DNA of 64,000 nucleotides, taken from IMG/VR virus record IMGVR_UViG_3300023179_000020. The stretch is one strand, 5' to 3'. The position numbers and the translations under genes are program-made. The DNA comes from a virus. This document shows, piece by piece, positions 59,135 through 64,000 of the stretch. The first letter of the stretch is position 1. The number at the start of each line of letters is the position of its first letter. Below the pieces are notes generated by a model. The model saw nothing but the letters and a program-made list of their open reading frames with translations, searched no databases and was not told the origin of the DNA.

Positions 59135-59683
59135 ATGAGAGCGTTAAATGTAATAGCTTTAGAAATATATCAACAACTAAATATTAAGTACTCTAATTTA
59201 ACAGAGCGTAGAGAAGCTACTAAACAATACATTTTAAATGAAATTACTCAATGGGAAATAAAAACCTTAGAACAAGAAAATAACTATTTTTTTAAACCTA
59301 AAGAATTTATAGGAGATAAAAATAGTCCACCATTTGAGGTTAGATTATTAAAAAGTAAAGCAGTAGAAGGATACCATGAATTGAAATTTGGAAATCTTAA
59401 CGCTGAAACAGATGAAGAAAAATTTAAATGGGATGACAAAGATCCTTATAAATTACAAAAGGCTTTATTTTTACGAAATGTATTAGATAAAAAAATTAAA
59501 TCTTTATTTGAAACCGGAGAAATTAAAGGTATTATGTTTCAACCATATAATGGAGACGGGTTAGCAGATGATAGGTATAGTTATTTTTATAACATGTATT
59601 CTAAATTAGGAAAAGATAAATATGATTTAGATAAAGGTGAATTTGAAGCAGAAGGTACATATTTTATAACCCCGAAAATTTAA
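59135..59683 (+). CDS. Hypothetical protein with leader ending YILNE
   Basis: 182 aa between helicase and nrdB. Confidence 0.55.
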   Translation: MRALNVIALEIYQQLNIKYSNLTERREATKQYILNEITQWEIKTLEQENNYFFKPKEFIGDKNSPPFEVRLLKSKAVEGYHELKFGNLNAETDEEKFKWDDKDPYKLQKALFLRNVLDKKIKSLFETGEIKGIMFQPYNGDGLADDRYSYFYNMYSKLGKDKYDLDKGEFEAEGTYFITPKI

Positions 59684-59691
59684 AAAATAAC

Positions 59692-60642
59692 ATGATTACT
59701 GACATAAGGAATTACTACAAACCATTCGAATACCAAACTGCATTTGATTTTTATAAAGACCAACATAGAGCACATTGGTTAGCAGATGAAGTTCCACTCG
59801 CATCAGATTTGAACGATTGGAAATTAAAATTAACAGAACCCGAAAAGAATTTAATTGGAAACATATTAAAGTCATTTGCTCAAACAGAAGTCCATGTTAA
59901 CGATTATTGGTCAACAAAAGTATCAATTTGGTTTCCGAAACCCGAAATCCAAGCTATGGCTCGTGTATTTGCTGATTTTGAAAGCATCCACGCTGAGGCT
60001 TATGCTCGATTAAATGAAGAATTAGGCTTAGACAATTTTAAAGCATTTTTAGAAGACGAAGCATCTAAAGCTAAAATTGAACGCTTGATTGAAACACCAG
60101 GCGAAACAATAGAAGATAAAGCAGTATCATTAGCCATATTCTCAGCATTTACTGAAGGTGTAAATTTATTTTCTTCATTTGCTGTATTAATGAGTTTCCA
60201 ACTAAGAAACTTAATGAAAGGTACTGGTCAAGTAGTAGAGTGGAGTGTTAGAGATGAATCATTACATTCAAAAGCAGGTTGCTGGTTATTCAGAACACTA
60301 CTTGAAGAACAACCAGAACTAAACACTGACGAATTAAGAGAAAAAATTATCGAAGCATGTCACCTATCAGTACAATTAGAATTTGATTTTATTGATAAAG
60401 CATTTGAAATGGGTGATATTGAAGGTTTAAATAAAGAACAACTTAAAAACTTTATTAAAGCCCGTGCCAATGAGAAAATGATTGAATTAGGTTACAAAGC
60501 AATTTATAATGACATTGACCCTAACCTTTTAAAACAAATTGAATGGTTTGGACATTTAACATCAGGTAAAACACAACAGGATTTCTTTGCTGGAAGAGTG
60601 ACTGCGTATGCTAAGTCTACAGCAGATTGGGATGATTTATAA
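59692..60642 (+). CDS. nrdB: Ribonucleotide reductase class I beta subunit
   Basis: FAQTE, ESIHAEAY, EGVNLFSSF, RDESLH, DFF motifs. Confidence 0.95.
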   Translation: MITDIRNYYKPFEYQTAFDFYKDQHRAHWLADEVPLASDLNDWKLKLTEPEKNLIGNILKSFAQTEVHVNDYWSTKVSIWFPKPEIQAMARVFADFESIHAEAYARLNEELGLDNFKAFLEDEASKAKIERLIETPGETIEDKAVSLAIFSAFTEGVNLFSSFAVLMSFQLRNLMKGTGQVVEWSVRDESLHSKAGCWLFRTLLEEQPELNTDELREKIIEACHLSVQLEFDFIDKAFEMGDIEGLNKEQLKNFIKARANEKMIELGYKAIYNDIDPNLLKQIEWFGHLTSGKTQQDFFAGRVTAYAKSTADWDDL

Positions 60643-60651
60643 TATTAAAAA

Positions 60652-62376
60652 ATGAGTATACAAGTAGATACAACAAATTGGATTAAGGGTAAAAATTACC
60701 CTGTATGGTTTGATGAAATAGGATTAAGTATGATTTCAAAAGGTTATTTATTACCTGATGAAGACGTATTTGATGCTTATAAAAGAGTAAGCAAGTTTGC
60801 TGCTCGTCGCTTACGCCGTAAGGATTTACAACCATTCTTTTATGAGGCAATGGTTAAAAACTGGTTATGCTTAGCATCACCCGTACTATCAAACATGGGC
60901 ACTGAACGTGGAATGCCAATTTCATGTTTTGGTATTGACGTAGGTGACAGTATTGAAGGCATTGCTGATGCTAATTCAGAACTAATGAGACTATCATCTC
61001 AAGGTGGAGGTGTTGGTATTGGTGTGTCTCGTATTAGGGGACGTGGTAAAGCCATTAAAGACAATGGAGTATCAGAAGGTGTTGTTCCATGGTGTAAAAT
61101 TTATGATTCTACAATTCTGGCAACCAATCAAGGCTCAGTTCGTAGAGGAGCGGCATCTGTTAACCTAAACATTAACCACCCAGACATTGAAGAGTTTTTA
61201 CAGATTCGTAGACCAAAAGGTGATGTTAACAGACAGTGTTTAAATCTTCATCAGTGTGTTGTTATTGATGATGAATTTATGAATAAAGTTGAAAATAAAG
61301 ACCCCAAATCATTAAAAATTTGGGGTGAAATTTTAAAAACACGTCTTGAAACAGGTGAACCTTACATTATGTTTGAGGATAATATAAACAATGCTAATCC
61401 TGAAGCGTATAAGAAAAACAATCTAAAAGTTTCAATGAGTAATATTTGTACTGAAATTGCTCTTTATACAGACGAATTACACTCATTTATTTGTTGTTTA
61501 TCATCATTAAACTTAGCAAGATGGGAAGAATGGAAAGATTATAAATTTGAAAATGAAATGACTTTACCTGAACTATCATGTTGGTTTTTAGAAGGTGTAT
61601 TACAAGAATTTATTGATAGAGCTAAAAACATTAAATTCATGGAAAACACAGTTCGATCCGCTACTAAAGGCAGAGCAATTGGAATTGGTGTTTTGGGTTG
61701 GCATACATTTTTACAACAAAAAGGATTACCATTTGTAGGCATTCAAGCAAATTCTTACACAAGAATAATGTTTGAATTTATTGAACAAGAAGCATTAAAA
61801 GCATCTCGTGCTCAAGCTGAATTGTATGGGGAACCAGAATGGTGTAAAGGTACAGGTTTAAGACACACCCATCATTTAGCACCTGCACCTACAGTGTCAA
61901 ATGCTCACATTTCAGGAGGTGTATCACCTTCAATCGAACCTATTCCTGCTAATGTTTATAACCTTAAAACAGCAAAAGGCGTATTTATTAAGCGTAATAA
62001 AATTCTAGAAGAATTGCTTACCAAAAAAGGATACAACATTGATAGTGTTTGGGACCAAATTCTAAAAGACCAAGGTTCAGTTTTAGGATTACCTGATTAC
62101 ATTTTAACAAATGAAGAAAAAGAAATATTTTTAACTTTTAAAGAAATTAATCAGTTAGAAATTGTTAAACAAAATGGCATTAGACAAAAATACGTTGACC
62201 AAGCAATTTCATTAAACTTAACATTTGACCCAAATGACTCACCAAAATGGATTAGTCAGGTACATAAAGAAGCACATAAACAAGGAATTAAAACATTGTA
62301 TTACTTACGCACTGAAAGTGTTTTAAGAGGAGACAATTTACAACGTTTATCAGATTGTGTGAGTTGTGAGGGTTAA
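60652..62376 (+). CDS. nrdA: Ribonucleotide reductase class I alpha subunit (no ATP cone)
   Basis: ISCF, SNICTEI, CCLSS, APTVS, TLYYLR, C-terminal CVSC. Confidence 0.95.
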   Translation: MSIQVDTTNWIKGKNYPVWFDEIGLSMISKGYLLPDEDVFDAYKRVSKFAARRLRRKDLQPFFYEAMVKNWLCLASPVLSNMGTERGMPISCFGIDVGDSIEGIADANSELMRLSSQGGGVGIGVSRIRGRGKAIKDNGVSEGVVPWCKIYDSTILATNQGSVRRGAASVNLNINHPDIEEFLQIRRPKGDVNRQCLNLHQCVVIDDEFMNKVENKDPKSLKIWGEILKTRLETGEPYIMFEDNINNANPEAYKKNNLKVSMSNICTEIALYTDELHSFICCLSSLNLARWEEWKDYKFENEMTLPELSCWFLEGVLQEFIDRAKNIKFMENTVRSATKGRAIGIGVLGWHTFLQQKGLPFVGIQANSYTRIMFEFIEQEALKASRAQAELYGEPEWCKGTGLRHTHHLAPAPTVSNAHISGGVSPSIEPIPANVYNLKTAKGVFIKRNKILEELLTKKGYNIDSVWDQILKDQGSVLGLPDYILTNEEKEIFLTFKEINQLEIVKQNGIRQKYVDQAISLNLTFDPNDSPKWISQVHKEAHKQGIKTLYYLRTESVLRGDNLQRLSDCVSCEG

Positions 62377-62397
62377 AAATATTTATTACAAAACAGC

Positions 62398-63285
62398 ATG
62401 AAGAGATCTCAATTAAAACAAATCATTAAAGAAGAAATACGAAACGTATTAAATGAACGACAAGTGTTTTACTCTGATGATTCTAAAATAGACCCAAGAT
62501 TTATTAAGCAAACTACATATGGAGAACCTACTGGAAATATTTTATTCAAAATAAACACCATTCCTTCAGAATTAACTCCAACCCAAAATCAACAAATCCA
62601 AAAAGAAATTTTTATAAAACATTTTGGAAAAATGGATCCAATGTATTCTAAATTGTTTTTTACTAATAAAGACAAATGGTCGTCTACTTTTCCTTCATCT
62701 AAAAATTATAATTTTAAATATTTAATTAATTTCAATAAAGATGGAAGCATAACTATTGGAGAATTAAAATCAACTCCAATTAATCAACCTCAATCTAATA
62801 ACCCGGATACAGTTGTTTTACCTTTTAACATATATTATGTTCAAAGTGATAGTCAATTAAGAAATATAGGGTTAGATGAAGGTGTAAAAACCGAACCTGA
62901 ATTGATGTGGGTATTGTGGAATGAATATCAAAATATGCAGGGTTTTGAAAGAACAACCAAAAGTGGAGGAGATAAATACACTAATAAAATGCAAGATATA
63001 GGTGTTAATATGGACTTTGATGCAGATGCAGATAAAATGTTTTATGGGGAAACAATGCGTAATATATTAAATAATGTAGAAGTATATGTTTCTGAAGGAT
63101 CAATGGGTAAAAAAGAAAGTGAAGATAAAGACCCATACACTAATTTTATTTATGGAATATATTATGGTGAAGAAGGAGAAGATTTTAAATACTCAAAACA
63201 AGAAGCAGACAAATATCAGTACATGTTAACTGATGATGATAGTTTTAAAGACTTTGTAGAAACAATAAAGACTGCTTTATTATAA
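62398..63285 (+). CDS. Hypothetical tagged protein (MKRSQLKQIIKEEIRNVLNE)
   Basis: ATATTTATT 62379-62387; tag nearly identical to the one at 4806. Confidence 0.6.
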   Translation: MKRSQLKQIIKEEIRNVLNERQVFYSDDSKIDPRFIKQTTYGEPTGNILFKINTIPSELTPTQNQQIQKEIFIKHFGKMDPMYSKLFFTNKDKWSSTFPSSKNYNFKYLINFNKDGSITIGELKSTPINQPQSNNPDTVVLPFNIYYVQSDSQLRNIGLDEGVKTEPELMWVLWNEYQNMQGFERTTKSGGDKYTNKMQDIGVNMDFDADADKMFYGETMRNILNNVEVYVSEGSMGKKESEDKDPYTNFIYGIYYGEEGEDFKYSKQEADKYQYMLTDDDSFKDFVETIKTALL

Positions 63286-63287
63286 TA

Positions 63288-64000
63288 ATGAAACAAAGAA
63301 TATTCCCATTCTTAATAGCATTGTCAGCACTTGCCGTTAGCGGCAGTGCTGCTTTCTATTCTATAACAGGTTTATCCAAATTATTTGCTGGAGCAAGTAC
63401 CGAAGTGATTATTATGGCTTCTAGTTTAGAGGCCGCCAAATTAGTAATGGCTTCTTTACTCTACCAATATTGGGATAAATTAAACAAATTATTAAGAACA
63501 TATTTAACAATTGCTTTAATAATACTAATAGGTATTACTTCTGCTGGTATTTATGGATTCTTAAGCGGAGCATACCAAGACACTGCCAACAAAGCATCAG
63601 TTGTAGATAAAGAAACCCAAGTGTATAAAGTTAAAAAGGAACGTTTTGAACAAACCAAAGCTGACTATACAACTGAAAAACAAAGACTAGACAACGATAT
63701 TAGTCAATTACGAAATGCTTTAGCAACAGGTAGTACTACTCAATCTGTAGACCAAAAAACAGGTCAATTAGTTACTAAAGCAAACAATGCTAATAGAAAA
63801 ACATTTGAAGCACAACTAAACAGTGCTTTACAAAACAAAGAAACAATTGATACTAAAATTGTAGCGGCAAATGACAGTATAACTGCTTTAGACATGAAAA
63901 TACTAGAAATTGAATCTAAAGCTGAATTAGCCGGAGAATTGGGACCACTCAAATACTTAAGTAAACTTACAGGTAAACCTATGGACCAAATTATAAACTG
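63288..64000 (+). CDS. Membrane protein with coiled coil (3'-truncated by window end)
   Basis: Hand-translated MKQRIFPFLIALSALAVSGSAAFYSITGL...ITSAGIYGFLS; open to the end of the window. Confidence 0.75.
   Translation, partial: MKQRIFPFLIALSALAVSGSAAFYSITGLSKLFAGASTEVIIMASSLEAAKLVMASLLYQYWDKLNKLLRTYLTIALIILIGITSAGIYGFLSGAYQDTANKASVVDKETQVYKVKKERFEQTKADYTTEKQRLDNDISQLRNALATGSTTQSVDQKTGQLVTKANNANRKTFEAQLNSALQNKETIDTKIVAANDSITALDMKILEIESKAELAGELGPLKYLSKLTGKPMDQIIN

Larger units (their letters stand above)
48..62387 (+). promoter_or_regulatory. Dispersed ATATTTAT(A) element, probable phage late promoter
   Basis: Copies start at 48, 2266, 3163, 4271, 6694, 8622, 11911, 12598, 16156, 18010, 18528, 21301, 22473, 28871, 32576, 36287, 36574, 38708, 39266, 40760, 43174, 44219, 46706, 54617, 62379; variant ATATGTATA at 13106. 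Confidence 0.8.

Noticed and set aside
4517-63952. Minus-strand and short out-of-frame ORFs in the track (e.g. 13148-13729, 44832-45260, 31543-31839)
   Set aside because: Shadows of + strand genes with low-complexity translations and no supporting signals
1-64000. Stop-codon reassignment or tRNA genes
   Set aside because: Core genes are intact in the standard code, TAA/TAG/TGA all end genes, and no cloverleaf was recognised in the short intergenic gaps

Overview
A 64-kb, AT-rich segment of a large T4-like myovirus genome with essentially all genes on the + strand, read in the standard genetic code. It holds a head module (terminase, portal, prohead protease, scaffold, major capsid), neck proteins, about 17 kb of tail-fibre/adhesin genes and a contractile tail (sheath, tube, chaperone, tape measure, baseplate). 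A replication block follows (divergent family-A polymerase, SSB, RecA/UvsX, 5'-3' exonuclease, DnaB-like helicase, class I RNR). There are four free-standing homing endonucleases and a class-3-type intein in PhoH. A-rich starts without obvious Shine-Dalgarno sequences and TTTG-N19/20-TAnnTT promoters suggest a Bacteroidota host (inference). The main candidate new system is a modular head-cargo scheme. Unrelated small proteins share two N-terminal tags, one matching the scaffold C-terminus (MQ[KQ][LM]AG[IL]), followed by [LIV]-x-E protease-type sites. One cargo module resembles ribosome modulation factor and sits between two 16-nt direct repeats encoding ENITE inside a head protein. Other signals are a recurring ATATTTATA element (about 25 copies), a pseudoknot overlapping a terminator, a likely +1 frameshift in the tail chaperone and a duplicated four-gene adhesin cassette. 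All functional calls come from motif recognition by eye; no database search was run.
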